From the NCBI GenBank assembly GCA_964016885.1, contig OZ024740.1:178994001-179058000 (forward strand): a DNA stretch of 64,000 nucleotides. Reading direction: 5' to 3'. Positions 12,621 through 27,728 of this stretch are shown in pieces. This DNA comes from Eledone cirrhosa (lineage: Eukaryota). The translations under genes and the position numbers were made by a program. The notes under the pieces are model-generated. The model saw only the letters and a list, made by a program, of their open reading frames with translations. It was not told the DNA's origin and did not search any database. The stretch's first letter is position 1; every line of letters begins with the position of its first letter.

Positions 12621-14350
12621 AGAAAGTGAGGTTCTTTTTACAAAATGAAAAATAACCGAGGTGTCCTACACGAGTATAAAGTATAAAGAAAAAAAGATGA
12701 AATCGAAAATGCAACTGGAGTCTTATTTAAAAAAATATATATATATTTATTTGGTTCTTTTACCGGTTTCGCAGTTCTTCTGCTTTTCAAAAGTAGAGTT
12801 AAGATGGAGGGTCTGTGGTTTTTCTATATATATATATACATACTCTGTCCAACGCTGCCATGAGCGATACATCATCTCTACGGTGTGGAAAATATTCCAT
12901 AAGTATTACCGAAATGAAGTTAGTATGACATTAAAAATCCCACCAAAGTTGCTCTCCGTGCTACTCTAACTAGAAATATCAAACTGGCAACTGATTTCAA
13001 CCATACAGCATAACTACGTCATCTCATCTGGCCCTGCTCTATTTAACATCATACCGAAGTGTTTATATATATATATATATTTTTTTTTTAGTATATGTTG
13101 GTTGTATACCAACACCTCAGTATGCAGATTGGAACACTCGACGAAGTGCGCAGGATGGTGGCAGGAGGGATGAAAAAACACACACACAGATACTTCTAAA
13201 TTGTCAGCAGCAGCAAGACATAAGCTGATCACAACACCAACAACAATGCCAAAATAAGGGTAGAGGTCTGATGTACTTAACAATATCAAACACAAACACT
13301 ACAGGGAGCCTCACCTCAGAAAGAATTTCTATAGACTTTGGACTGAGGAATGCTCTCAAAACTGACCAATGGGAAGTTTGACCTTACAAATCTTTATAAC
13401 ATTGAGATGGGTATAACACACACACACATTTTATTCGATTATTTTATTTTATTTTGTTCCTTTACCATCTTATTCCTTCTACCACTTTATCACTTTTTTT
13501 TAGCTGACTCCAACAACAACACCACTACCAACACAAGAATAGAGGTCAGATGTACCTAACAATAACAAGAACAACTACAGATTGGCTTGCTCAGAACGAA
13601 TTTCTATAGACTTTTGACTGAGGAATGTTCTAACAACTGACCAATGAGAGGAGAAGAGGCCCTTTGACGCTGAAATTCGTTTGTTTGAATTCATATGATT
13701 CCAGTTCCTCAGTGAAATAACAACCCAACCAGGAACTGGGCATATCAGAGTATTGACAAAGTTATACACCTCAACATGTGTACTCGTCTCTACCACACTA
13801 ATTTGGACTGCCAAAGATGGCTGTCACCGAAATATATATAGCAGTAATAAACGAAGCCAAATTTTAAACATTTGACTTATTTATTTTATTTTATATATAT
13901 ATATATATACTGATATTCATCGACCATAGTCTAAAGGCAAGATTTACGGATGGAAAATTGAATATTAATCTGTTGAACATAGATCTGACAAAGGTGACAT
14001 ATTGAGTAACAATAATCAGTGTTTCATTGACACATTACTAGCTGTCTTGGTACAAATAATGCTGTTGTTCAGTCGGTGCTGAACGAAAGAGTAATTGAAC
14101 GCAGAACGAAAAGAACAAACACCGCAGTGGCGGTTATCTAATGCTCAAACAGTTCCGCCATCGACCACCATCAGCTTATATAGCCTTATAGAAATTATTA
14201 TGGAATGTAAAGTTATTGTCTGCCGTGATATTAAGTATTAAATAGACATTATTAATGGAAGATTATTTAATGGAAGAGACAACGATCTGAAACTATTATG
14301 ACGAATGTCTGAGACACGAGAAAGAAGTAAGTGCCCCCCCCCCCCACTCT

Positions 14351-14444
<94 letters not shown>

Positions 14445-15099
14445 GAGAGATGAAAAAAGAATTAGATTTGAAGTGAAGGGATATAGATTTTGAATACATA
14501 GATTAAGATAGCAAGTGTGTATGTGATGGTGCACGTGTATTCTTGCATTATATTCATACATCTATAATACACATAAACGTATATACATATATATATATAC
14601 ATGTACGTATGTCTGTTTTTTTGTTTTTTTTTGCTTGTGAGTATGTGTGATAATTTTGGGAAAATATCCATATATGTGAGAAATGTTTTCTCAAAATGCA
14701 AAAAAAAATCTTCTGAAAGGATTTTCATTGGAGATGTCTCTTTTAGGTTATTTTCGACTGTACCAAAGTGATCACATATTTTAAATATTGCACGCAGTTC
14801 ATGAAATGTGACCTCTTCCATTCGTGAAATGGCGTAATTTAGGGGCTGTTCCTTCGTTTAGAATACTGAAGTTGTTAATATTGTTGATTCTGCTCCTGCT
14901 TCTGTTCTTGTCTATTTTGTAGTTTCTCCTGTTGATGCTACTATTGTTGTTTGTGTTTAGTCCCAGGTTAATTCAATTCGGACAGCTCTATATATATGTT
15001 CTCAGGCAGGCGTCATACACCCTATCTCCTGGTAGTACCAGGTTTCCGGCTAACTGAGGACAATGCTACAGATTTGACATGTTTAAAAGCCATCACCGG

Positions 15100-15490
15100 T
15101 TATTGTAAAGGGAAAGACCACCAAGGAAATAAACAGAGATTCTTGCAGTGGTCCATCGTAAACTGGAGGGAATAATGATCAGTATCAGCTAAAGTAACAG
15201 GAAGAGCAACACCTGGATTCGATAATAGATTGGTGAAGGACATAATCAAGGCTATCAAGAAGAGCAAATATAAATGGGCTGGCCTCGTGTCTCGTTTCAG
15301 AGACAACAGGTGGAGTATTATAGTGCCAGAGTGAATACCAAGACAGTGGAGAAGAATCAGAGAGCGACAAAAGGGCCGGGGGTGCGATGATCAGACCGAA
15401 TACCTCGGCTCCTCATGGCTGAATATGGCCAGAGATAGGAAGCAATGGAGGTCAAACATGGAAGGGTTTCTTCAACAGGAGTGAGAACGC
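15100..15490 (+). pseudogene. RTE-clade LINE 3' fragment
   Basis: Reads RKSNTWIR...DIIKAIKKSKYKWAGLVSRFRDNRWS..E*IPR, with later MARDRKQWR; contains stops. Confidence 0.8.
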
Positions 15491-15805
15491 CCTGGGTTTT
15501 GGAGTGTGACATTCTAGTTATATTTTACACTATCAACTGCCTTATCTATTTTGAAAAGTATAGTTTCTGATATGGTCACGTGAAAGCGAGGAAGGTAAAC
15601 ACATTCTTAGCGTGAGAGTTGCTGTTTCTCTGGAGTTATTATTAGTGACTCACATCATGACACGCGGTGTTGTAATAATGAGGTCATTAAGTTAGTAGTT
15701 ACTTCTGTGTATGTGTTCCTGGTTGTCTAGGTTGAATGGGAGAGAGCATTTTGTTTATTTGGTTGTAGCAGTGATTTTGAAGATTTTACATAGGCCTCTG
15801 GGTGC

Positions 15806-16034
15806 TTAACCCTTTATCATTTACATTACTCTATATATACTATTGTATCTTCACTGTAAAAGCTGTACCTCATATAATTATCTCACATAATATCAAAGCT
15901 ACAAGATTTTGATATTATTTATTTTGTTAACAATACCTTAACATCAGTATGAGTGGCCAGTTACAGCTAGTTCAAACAGAACGTGGTGAAAGAATTCTGG
16001 CCGGATACGGCTGGTTTAAATGCTGAAGGATTAA
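15806..16034. mobile_element. MITE with TTAA target sites (piggyBac-like termini)
   Basis: TTAA|CCCTTTATCATTT ... AAATGCTGAAGGA|TTAA imperfect TIRs. Confidence 0.6.
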
Positions 16035-16543
16035 GGTGTTCTTTCACGAAGTGACAGGGAATTAGGGTATTGCAGCTTGCTGCAGTAACAAATTGTGCCC
16101 TCGCTTATCTATTTATTTCGACGTGTAGGATGGTATGTTGTTATGATGTGCATGAGCCGTTATGATGCATTGTAAGCTCCTTTGTGCTTTTGTAATATAA
16201 TCGGGAACTCAGATTGGGTCACTTAGTCTTGGGTCTATCGCAAGACATGGTAAAATAGATTTGTGCAGGTTTCCACACGTGAAAGCAACATTTAAATATT
16301 CAAACTCATCTTACTCGATAAAAAAAAAGTTATCAGTGACATATCTACAGATCTAGAAATCGATCTCCAACTAAGAAAGCAATCTTCGCTTCAAAACCAG
16401 GTGTGAGGGTTTCACTCATGGAGAATAACTTGTGGCAAACAAGACAATAATGTAGCTTCTACATAATCTATCAATCTGCTAGAAATAGTGAGTAAACCTC
16501 CTTCAAATCACTCACAACGTTTTTTAAAGAAGGTCATTAGATA

Positions 16544-16732
16544 ATTGTTTCTACTTTTGGCACAAGGCTAGCAATTATCCCAGTTTATTACTGGTACTTT
16601 ATTTTATCGACCCCCGTAAGGATGAAAGACAAAGTTAACCTCGGCGGGATTTGAACTCAGTCCGTAAAGGGACGTAACTGTGCTGCAAAGCATCGCGTCC
16701 GACCCTCTACCGATACTGCCAATCCACCGCCC
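16544..16732 (-). mobile_element. SINE family A with TSD TTAGATAAT
   Basis: Full-length match to 1411-1600; TTAGATAAT on both sides. Confidence 0.9.
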
Positions 16733-18017
16733 TTAGATAATGAAATCAAGATATGTTATGTCCATGATAACGACAGGACGGTCACGGCAGGCACGCTGTT
16801 TATTAAAGGTTTGTTGACTCAGACTAAATTGGAGCTAAACAATAACAATAACAACTAACGGCATACTATTTATAACCACTAGACAAAGGAACACAGCATA
16901 TCCAGACTGCCATAAGTTACCGCATACGATTCACTATTGTGTGCTGGGATGGCATATCTAGAACAATAGATCTCTGGGTCCCGCCTAATAATATGCGATT
17001 ATCTGTAATCGGCCTGCACGAAGGCCCAAACAAAGCTGGGCAGATAGAAAGTCTACGTCTCTCCAATGGTAAAAGGTCAATTGTTTATTTTAGTAAACTG
17101 TCATAAATGCATGTTATTTATGGATAGTAACAGAACAGTATAAACGTGATTGCGATGAAAGGAAAGGAGCCGATTGTCAGGTCCGACATAGGAAGAAATG
17201 TCTCCATTAGACTTTTCCTCCCGATACTGTCAGCCAGTCGCAGTTCCTGATAGAAGTCAGTGGAATTTGAACTCAGAAGGCACAGAGCTTCTTGTCCAAC
17301 GCTTTAAAAATTCAACCAATCCACCGACTTGAACTTTATTTATCGATCTCAAAGGGATGACATGCAAAGTTAGCCGCGGTGGAATTTGAACTGAGAGCGC
17401 AAGTAACCGGAACAAATTACAAAATATGTAATCCGGGATTCTGACTACTTTGCTAATTCGAGTAATAATTCATGTTAATTATCGGATAGCCACACTGAAA
17501 ACGAAAATGTAAATATATGTCGCCTGAACAACCTGGCTCTCACTTCGTCCTATTCTGCCAACACAACAGCAAATACATAAAAATAATAACTTAAGAAATA
17601 AAACAACTGCATTGTTAAATGCAACTACATAACATTTCCAGTTGGTAAATAACTCCCTTGCTAAATATGAAGTGACATTACACATAAAATGTCACTGTTT
17701 ATTAATGTTATATTATATATTACAGTGTTAATAATTGTTATTAAAACTTCAAAACTTCCCTAGAATTTGCCTTTATTCATGGGCAAATGTACATTTATTT
17801 AATCATAACTGATGAACTTGGAAGAAAAAAAAAAACTATCTTCGATCATTAATTTTATACGTGTGTATATATGTAACCCTTTAGTGTACAGACATGAAAA
17901 TATAGAAATATACGGATGGAGTGTAAGTTAATAATTACGTTTTTCCTCATAAGTTTTTCTACAAAAGTCTAAGTGATAAATACACATTTTTAACGTAGCC
18001 ATTTTCAGGTGTGTGTG

Positions 18018-18071
<54 letters not shown>

Positions 18072-18319
18072 AATGTGTGTGTGTGAGTGTGTGTGTGTGT
18101 GTGTGTGTGATAATTTATTTCACATACATCTATATGTGTGTAAATGTACACGCGCTGTTGAAAGAGGGGGGTGTTATTCTTTCTTTCAATCTCTCTCGCT
18201 CTCTCTCTCTTATATATGTGTGTGTGTGTGTGTGTGTGCATGAGTGTGTGTTTGTGTGCATGTATACATATAGATAATTTATATATGTATATATATATAC
18301 ATACACAAAAATATATACA

Positions 18320-18377
<58 letters not shown>

Positions 18378-18399
18378 TTATAAATATCTATCTATCTAC

Positions 18400-18476
<77 letters not shown>

Positions 18477-18933
18477 GTTTGTGTATAATTTCTCGGTAAT
18501 TAATTTTGAAAACATTATATTTTTTCTAGCTAAATAAAGCAAACGAAAGCAATGAAAATTGCTATTATATTTTTATAGGAAGCAATTGGTCATGTACACA
18601 GTTTATACGGTTTTATGCCTTCCATTTAAGCTATTATTCAGAAATACATTAGAAATCGCTAATGCTTCATTGTCCCTCAACGTGTGAAATGATGTTTATA
18701 AAGTGATTAAGCAGTTAACAAAAGACCATCAAAAATATATGAACTAAAATTAGACAAGAAAAAATATAATGAAATAAAAAGATTGCGATAAAAGAAAACG
18801 GCAATTGTAAAGCTAAAACAAAACTAACCAACAAACAAAATGGAAAACAAAAGAAGAAAATCATAATAATTTTTTCAGATAGATAAAGTACAATGAAACA
18901 TCTAAAGTTATAAAAGCACTGTGATAGTGAATA

Positions 18934-18990
<57 letters not shown>

Positions 18991-19023
18991 CTATTATTAT
19001 ATATATTTATATATATAATAATT

Positions 19024-19055
<32 letters not shown>

Positions 19056-19719
19056 TAAAACTATCTATATATGTGTATATGCATATATACTAGCCATAGT
19101 CATATTCCCATTCAGCTCTCTAATAATATAATACATTACGTATCAAAGGGGATGGCAAAAACGTTTGAGAATCTTTCTCGCTCATTCTTTCTCCAGCCTC
19201 TCTTTCTTTCTTTCTCAACCCTCTCTCACGCTCTTTCTCTCTTTCATTCACTTCCCTCTCAATCTCTCTTTCATATCTATGAATTTGTTTCTCTTTCTCT
19301 TTCGCTACCACACTTTATATATACATCTCTCTCTAAATATATATATAGTCGGCAAAAATATAGGCCTCAGTGTGAGGACCTATGGTGATGATGGCATAAC
19401 TAGGGCTCTTAATAGTAACCATAGCCCTTGGGTAGGTGTCGATGGATATCATCAGTGATAGTAAGGACGAGTGCAACTAAGCTTTGACGAGTTGTGGGGT
19501 GGTGTTTCAAAGACAGACCCCAGAGAAATATTTAAGACAGAGAACATAAAGCAGGGACTACCTTGTTAGCAGTGTTTATATAACGTCTATATTTTAGTAG
19601 AAAAACATTTTAGACAGACAGTAGAGATTATTGTGACGTATTATATATAGGTAGATGGATAAATATATAAAAGTTGTAAACTCTTTTGATACAAATAAAC
19701 AAGGATAGAGCATTCTAGA

Positions 19720-19785
<66 letters not shown>

Positions 19786-20213
19786 CAGGCAACAATTATT
19801 TAGTCGCATTAAAATGATTTTCAAAATTATTTAAATACAGCTAAGAAATAACTTATAAATCTTAGTACGTGAAATGTGAAATGGGCTAAAATTGTCTGAG
19901 ACGTGTCTGGATACAGGCAAAAGGGTAGTACCAATGCTCTGATTCTCCTGAAAATTTACACATTAATGTAAATGGTGCCGAGGAAGCGACAGGTCTACTT
20001 GGGCTTCTCTAAATTGAAAAATGTGGTCTCTAGGGCAAAAAAGGTGTATTTTTCTATCGATTTTACCTCCTTAAAGTTTTTAGCTTTACTCTCTCCGTCG
20101 CTCTTCCATCTCTCTATAATAGACCATTCCCCCTCTCTATAATTTAACTGCTTTACTCTCTCTGTCACTCTTCACTCCCTATATGACAACACTGCAGAGA
20201 GAGATAGGGCGTT

Positions 20214-20254
<41 letters not shown>

Positions 20255-20327
20255 CAGAGAGAGACCAGCAAACTTTAGTTAACTTTCAGTAAGGTGTTAT
20301 ATATCTTTGATCTGTCGTCTCTCGCAT

Positions 20328-20396
<69 letters not shown>

Positions 20397-20398
<2 letters not shown>

Positions 20399-23300
20399 GA
20401 TACTTATATAAAGATGAGCGTCGTGTGTATGTATGTATGTATGTATGTATCCTACACACCTCCCTATACTATTTAACCTAAAATACTTTTATATCCATCT
20501 CTTAGTGAAGCATTTCCAATTCATTATACGTAAACAATGACATTAATGTTTCACTTTTAGCTTAGCATTTTACATTCAATGTCTCCCTTTTTTAATGCAA
20601 CGTTTTATTGAAACGACTACGTGCTCTCAGTGATTCAGTATTTAACCTAAAATACTTTTACACTGCTTCTATAGTATCGTTATACGATATGCCTAATCGA
20701 AAACAACCAGTATTTTCTTCTAAACGAAATAAAGCCCTTAAATTGTGAAGAATGGTGGCGCGTGCGCAGGTACGTTTTTTATCGATATACTTTGTTATTT
20801 TGCTTCTTTTATCTCCATAAAAATATTATTTCTGTTTTGAGAAGTTGTAAAACAGTAGAGGCCGAGTTAAAGCATTCAGTATTTTTTTAACTCCAGGAGA
20901 CTCGGATGCAAGGGAGGCCCATCTTACTGCCCAGCGCGTTTAGTGCCAACGCTCACGTCTCGACGAGACTCCGGAGGCAAAGGAGGCCCGTCTTGCTGCC
21001 GACCGCAATCTACGCCACTCTCACTCCTCGAGGAGACTCCGGAGACAAGGGAGGCCCAACTTTCTGCCCAGCACGATTAGCGCCAACGCTCACGTCTTGA
21101 CGAGACTCCGGAGGCAAGGGAGGCTCGTTTTTCTGATCAGCGCACTTGAAACTAACTCTCACTTCTCGGCGAGACTCCGGAGTTAAGGGAAGAAAGGCTG
21201 GCAGGTAGACGGCGTAAACGTCAAGAAAATGTTGCTACTACAAGGGACACTTTCTGCTTAAAAGCTGGCTTTAACTACAATCCTTCTAATGATTACACCA
21301 ATCATACGGATTTGGCTTTCGGAAAAATGGATAAGGTATGTGAGTCCTGTCGGGCTAAGAAGTGGGTCGGTGAGGCTCCAGGTCTTTGCTGTTCCGGGGG
21401 CAAAGTTCGACTTCAGGCGCTGGCTGATCCTCCTGATTTGCTGTAAAATCTTCTGATTAGTAACTCTGACCACGGAGTGAAATTTCGCAAAAGCATTTGG
21501 AGTTACAATTCAGGTTTCGCTATGACATCATTTGGTGTAAGGGATGGCAGAAACAACAACAACAGCAACAACACCGGTGTCGCCAGCAATTGTGACAACA
21601 ACGAAGAAAGAAAGAAAAACTTTACACCTACAAAATTCAAGGTCAGTGCTACCACCTAATGGGAAGCCTTCACCCACAGCTAGGAGAGGAGCCTAAATTC
21701 CTCCAGGTATTCTTCATGGGCGGGATTGACGGGAACACTGTTGCGGAACTTCAAACTATGCTCCATGCAACCCATCTGTACGTCCGTGACTTGAAGAGTG
21801 CTTTGGAGCTTTTGGACTCTAGACATGAGATGAAATTGGTCAACAGAGCTGACAGACGACCTGCAGGTGGGCATCCTGGATGTTTCAACGCTCCAACTAC
21901 CAACGAGGTAGCAGCAATCATGGTTGACGAAAATCATGGTGCACGTGACATTATCATTCAGCATCGCAATAACAGACTGACGTCCGTTGCAGAAACCCAT
22001 CGGTCGCACGATTGCTTGCAGTACCCTCTTCTTTTTCCCTACGGCGAGGATGGCTACAACTTCGAGATTCCCACAATTGATCTGAAAAGTCTTGCTGCTT
22101 TACCAAAGAAAGTTTACAGCATGGACTTTTATGCATACCGACTCATGATCAGAGACGGTCAATTCAACCAACTACTTAGGTTCAAAGAGCTGACAACCAG
22201 TTCTTGGTTGATATGTACGCAAAGATTGAAGCGGAACATCTTCTGTACATACGTACCCATCAAAAAGAACTAAGAGGGTTTCAATACGTTCATCTTAAGG
22301 ATACTTTGCAGTGTGACAGTGATGCAACCAATGTTTGCATCAGGTGATCCTTCCTTCAAGCTTTAGTTGCTCACCTCGGTACGTGCATAAACGGACACAG
22401 GATGCTATAGCATATGTCCGTAAGTTTGGGCGGCCGGATGTTTTTATTACCTTCACATGTAATCCTAATTGGGTGGAGATTAAGGACAATTTATTTACGG
22501 GCCAGGTGACGAGTGACAGGCATGATATTACAGCCATAGTCTTCCACGGAAAGTTGAAGAAACTAATGTGCTTGCTGAAAGATAAGGCCATCTACGGACA
22601 ACTCAATGCTTGGATGTATACTGTGGAATGGCAGAAGCGGGTTCTTCCACGCACATATTCTTATTTGGTGCAAAGAACGAATCAGACCTACGGACGTGCA
22701 GAGTTTCCCGATCCCCAAATTGATTTGCAGCTTTACAACATTGTACTGGCTAATATGACACATGGACCCTGTGGTGCCCTTAACAGCCAAAATTCATGCA
22801 TGGAGGGGAACAAGTGCACCAAACACTACCCCAGAGCCTTCACCAGGGAAACTCGCACTGGGGTTGACGCCTACCCCATCTACCGGCGGCGTGCTCCTGA
22901 TTTTGGCGGCCTTTCGGCTAGGATTAAGATGAAAGGGAAAGAACACGACATTGACAACAGCTGGGTGGTGCCTTACAGCTCTTTGTTTGCAAAAATCTTT
23001 AATGCTCACATCAATGTGGAGTCCTGCACATCTGTTAAAACATTAAATACATCTGCAAATACATCAACAAAGGCGGCGACATGGCGGTGGTTGGCTTCAG
23101 TCATGGCGTAGAATCAAAAGACGAAATTACTCAGTTCATGATGGGAAGATACATTTCGTCCTATATGGCGGCTTGGCGTATTTTGGGGTTTGAAATTCAC
23201 CGGTGCTCTCTAGCAGTTGTTAACTTGAATGTTCACTTAGAGAATGGTCAGCGCATTTATTTCACTGAGGAAACCGCATCGAGTGCTGCCGAAAAGCCAC

Positions 23301-25492
23301 CTGAGACGACGCTTACAGCATTTTTTTAAGCTATGTTCTGTCGATACGGTTACAATTACCCTTTTTTACGTCGATGTACCTACCTACTTCACTTGGTCGA
23401 ACAAAAAATGGCATCGGCGGCGACAAGGGGGAAAAGTTGAGGATTGGGTAGGTGTCTTCAGAACTAATGCCATCGGACGCATGTACAATGTTCATCCCAA
23501 GCAACAAGGATGCTTTTTCCTGCGAATGTTGCTGCATCAAATCAAAGGACCCAAGTCATTCGCCGACCTAAGACTTTTCAATGACCACATTGTTCCAGTT
23601 ACAGGGACGCATGAGTGAAGCGCGGGCTACTCGAGGATGATGCCCACTTGAACGTAGAGTTCACAGAGGCTGCTGCATGTAAGATGCCTCGAGAAATGAG
23701 ACGTCTGTTTTGCACAATGCTATTGTTCTGCGGCATAGGTGAGCCCCTTAAGCTTTGGGAAACGTATAAGGACATCATGTCAGAGGATATCCTCCGTAGA
23801 TGACGAGCAGAAGATCCAGCGGCTGGCTTTGCTTTCAACGACGCGGTGTACCATCGACATGGACAACCATCTTAAAGCTCTTGGAGTTGGCGGTGTATCT
23901 GGTTTCGGTTTGCCACAACCTCGAAACACTCACAGTGCTTTAGATATGGAGTTCATGCGTGAGTTAAATTACAACATCGACGATATGTCACATCAGGTAG
24001 CTCAGGACGAACCCATGACCAGAGACGGGCATATGACAGAATTCTCTCCACTGTCAATTCAAATGAAGGACGGCTATTTTTCCTGGATGCTCCTGGCGGA
24101 ACAGGAAAAACTTTTCTCATCAAACTTTTGCTTGCGAAGCTACGAAAAGACAGGCGGATTGCTTTAGCGGTCGCCTCCAGTGGTATTGCGGCGACACTAT
24201 TACATGGCGGTCGTACGGCACACTCCGCATTCAAATTGCCTTTGGACATTGCAAATAAGTAGAATTCTACATGTAGAAAAGATCGTGGCGACCCTAAAGC
24301 AGATCTTCTTTCTGAGTGCTGCCTCATCATATGGGACGAGGCTACCATGAGTTACAAGGCGGCCTTTGAGGCTCTGGATCGAACTCTCAAGGACTTGCGT
24401 CGGAACTCACGCGTCATGGGTGGAGCGACAGTACTGCTGGCTGGCGATTTCCGACAGACTCTTCCTGTTATCACTAGAGGCACTAGAGCTGACGAAGTGA
24501 ACGCATGCATCAAGTCGTCCTACGTATGGCAGTATGTCCACAAACTACATCTGACTACCAACATGAGAGTGCATGTGTATGGTGACGCAGACTCCATCGA
24601 TTTCTCAAAACATCTACTGGAAGTTGGTAATGGAACTACACCTGGAGTGGATGAAGAACATATCCGTTTGCCTTTTGGGAACTTTGTGTCAAACATTGAC
24701 GAATTAATGTCATCTGTATTTCCAGACCTTGAATCACGATTCCATGATCACACCTGGCTGAAAGCGAAAGCTATTTTGGCACCACACAATGCCACTGTTG
24801 ACGTGATGGATCAAAAACAACTCGATCAGATTCCCGGAAATGAAGTCTCCTTCAAGTCGATTGACACCAATAAAAACGCGGACGACGCCGTCATCTACCC
24901 AATTGAATTCTTCAACAGTCAACTACCTCCAGGACTTCCTCCTCATGATCTGAAACTGAAGGTTGGTGTACCAGTTATGCTGCTGAGAAACCTGGATGCA
25001 CCAGAACTATGCAGCGGAACGGGTTTAATCATCAAAAATATAAGGACCCTAATTCTGGAGACAACCATTTCAGAGGACCGGCAGCTGGCGTGACCAGGTT
25101 AATTACCCCTATGAGCCTTAGTCCCTCTGACGTCCCCTATAAATTTACGCAATGGCAGTTTCCCATAAAACTCTGCTTTGCAAAGAGCATTAACAAAGCA
25201 CAAGGTCAATCGCTGCAAGTGGTTGGCCTAAATCTAACACGGCAGGTATTTGCCCATGGTCAACTATACGTCGGATGGTCCCGCGTCGGCAGTCCACACA
25301 ATCTCTTCATTTGTGGTAACTCGGGCAACATCAGGAACGTTGTCTACAAAGAAGTCCTGCAATAACATCTTTGAACCCTACTCCACCCAACGTCTCTCTG
25401 TCAAACCACTCTCTTCACGTCGCCCCTCAACTTATTAACTTAATAAAAAGTGGCCCCGATTAGCCCCGAATGCAACCGGGCTCACCTGCTAG
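20397..25492 (+). mobile_element. Decayed autonomous Helitron
   Basis: 5' end TACTTATATAAAGATGAGCGTCG; 3' hairpin CCCG aatgcaac CGGG then CTAG|T at 25489-25493; contains a RepHel pseudogene. Confidence 0.92.
20689..25365 (+). pseudogene. Helitron Rep/PIF1-helicase (RepHel) with multiple frameshifts and stops
   Basis: Rep motifs GRPDVFITFTCNPNW, VEWQKR.LP(HAH), KYICKYINKG; helicase motifs FLDAPGGTGKTFL, IIWDEATM, LAGDFRQTLPV, SINKAQGQSL, HGQLYVGWSRV. Confidence 0.93.
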
Positions 25493-26104
25493 TTTGAAAT
25501 AAATGTAAGGGGAGATTAGAAGATCGGAAGATGAACGCTTTAAAATGATTAGATACAAAACAAGATAATTCATGACAGCATTTACAAATAACTGACATTA
25601 GCAGATTACATTTTCCACGGGAAAGGAACAGATTAGTAAAATGAGTAAAGCTAATAAAATGCGGTGTGTTAATTACGTTCTTTAACGTCTTGGGTTCAAA
25701 TTCTGCCAATGTAAACTTACAGACTATGACAGAATAAGTAGGAGTTACGTGGGCTGTTGTAATCGATTATACCCCTCCCACAAAATGTGAGTCCTTCATC
25801 CGAGTGCTGTAACGTATATGTACAGTGAGTGCAGTGTTTGAAGAGGGTTAAATATGCATGTTTATTCAAATATATTGTAGAAAAGAGCAGTAGATTAATA
25901 CAACTAGGTTAGGAGGTTGAATACCAACGAAAGGATATGTTTTGTACATGTACTTCAAACTGTGTACGACACCATGCAATAGTATTGGAAGAGCAATGAG
26001 ATATTTGTGTATGTTCGAACACTTGCGAATGTCTATATATGATATAACCGCAAGCACACACGCACGCACTCATACCCACACCCACACACATATATATGTG
26101 TATA

Positions 26105-26220
<116 letters not shown>

Positions 26221-26924
26221 GCAGTGTCTAGTGTACCAAGTGAATGCTGAATTAACAAACATTTCAGACAGACTTAGTTAATAAAGGAAATTGTAGCAAA
26301 AGTTATTTACTAAATTGCTTTTGTCTCGTTGCAAACAAGAAAAAAATAATACAGAAGAAAGACATGAAGAAAAGAAAGAAACGATTAAATAAGGTAAAGA
26401 CGAAATTATGATAAAATGTTAAAATCATAGGATGATATCGAAATTAAAAGAGAAGTATTGAAAAAAGAAAATACTGAGAATAGAAAACGAAGATGTTAAT
26501 CTTCACGATATTGTAAACTTTTGTAAGAACAATGATTCTTACAAATATAGAAATGAAAAAATAACTGCTACAAATATATATTCATATATATATAACTAGT
26601 AATGCCACGAAAACAAGCAGTAGAAAAAGCGAAGGTAGAGATATAATAGTAGTAGATGTTGTCGAGGTGATGGTAGTGATGGTTTTGATTGTAGGGGCTG
26701 GTGGCCCACGCAAAATACATAAAATACTGAAAATAACATTACTGTGCATTGAATTCATATGAAATAGAATAATGTCTATAAGGATAGAAAATACGTAATG
26801 AAAGCAAAACACTGCCCACACTTATAATATGCATAACTGGACTCATTAAGCAGTTAAAATAAAACTAATATTTTTACAGCGAGTGAGGACAGGGGAATTA
26901 ACATGACCTTTTTCGTGGCAAATG

Positions 26925-27556
26925 TTGATTTCTGATTTAGGCACAATGTCAACAATTTCGGGTGGGAATCGATTAAATTGAGCCCAGTATATTACTGGTG
27001 TTTTATTTACCGACCCAAAGCTAACTTCGGCGGGATTTGAGCTCAGAATTTGAAGGGCCGCGAAGCACGGTACCCGACGCTCTACCGATACTACAAATTC
27101 ACCATTCTTTTCCGTGGCAAATAATATTTGTTTCTACTTTTTTGGCACAAGGCCAGTAATTAACCCAGTGCGTGACTGATACTTTATTTTATCGACCCCG
27201 TAAGGATGAAAGGCAAAGTTAACCTCGGCGGGTTTTGAACTCAGACCTTAAAGGGCCGTAACTCTACGCTGTAAAGCATGGCGTCCGACCCTCTACCAAT
27301 ACTACCAATCCACCGCCCTTATTGTGGCATATAATAATGGTTTCTTATATAGACACAAGGCCAGCAATTTTTGGGGAGAGGAATGTCGATTAAATCGAAT
27401 CCAGTGCGTGACTGGTACTTGTATTTTATCGACCCCGTAAGGATGAAAGGCAAAGTTAACCTTGGCGGGATTTGAACTCAGGCCTTAAACAGCCGTGACT
27501 CAATGCTGTAAAGCATGGCGTCCGACGCTCTAGCGATACTGCCAATCCACCGCCCT
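26925..27556 (-). mobile_element. Three tandem SINE family A copies
   Basis: Copies at about 26925-27110 (diverged), 27126-27318 and 27338-27556, separated by GTGGCAWAT(AAT). Confidence 0.88.
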
Positions 27557-27728
27557 CTTTGTGGCAAATAATAATAAAATGAGGAAGATGATGAATATGA
27601 AGAAGAAGAGGGTGTGTGACGTGAAAATAAGATCACTCTTAACTATAATAAAGGAAGGTCTGCGGGATTGCTCCCAGAATAATTTTTTTACCCCGTTTGT
27701 AAAATAAGTTGGATTACTTTGAATAAAT

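Noticed and set aside
19380-19465. CTGATGA on the minus strand with nearby stems
   Set aside because: No GAAA/UH partner; cannot be called a hammerhead.
19820-20074. Possible Kolobok-like end (CCTCC|TTAA)
   Set aside because: Only one putative terminus; no matching TIR found.
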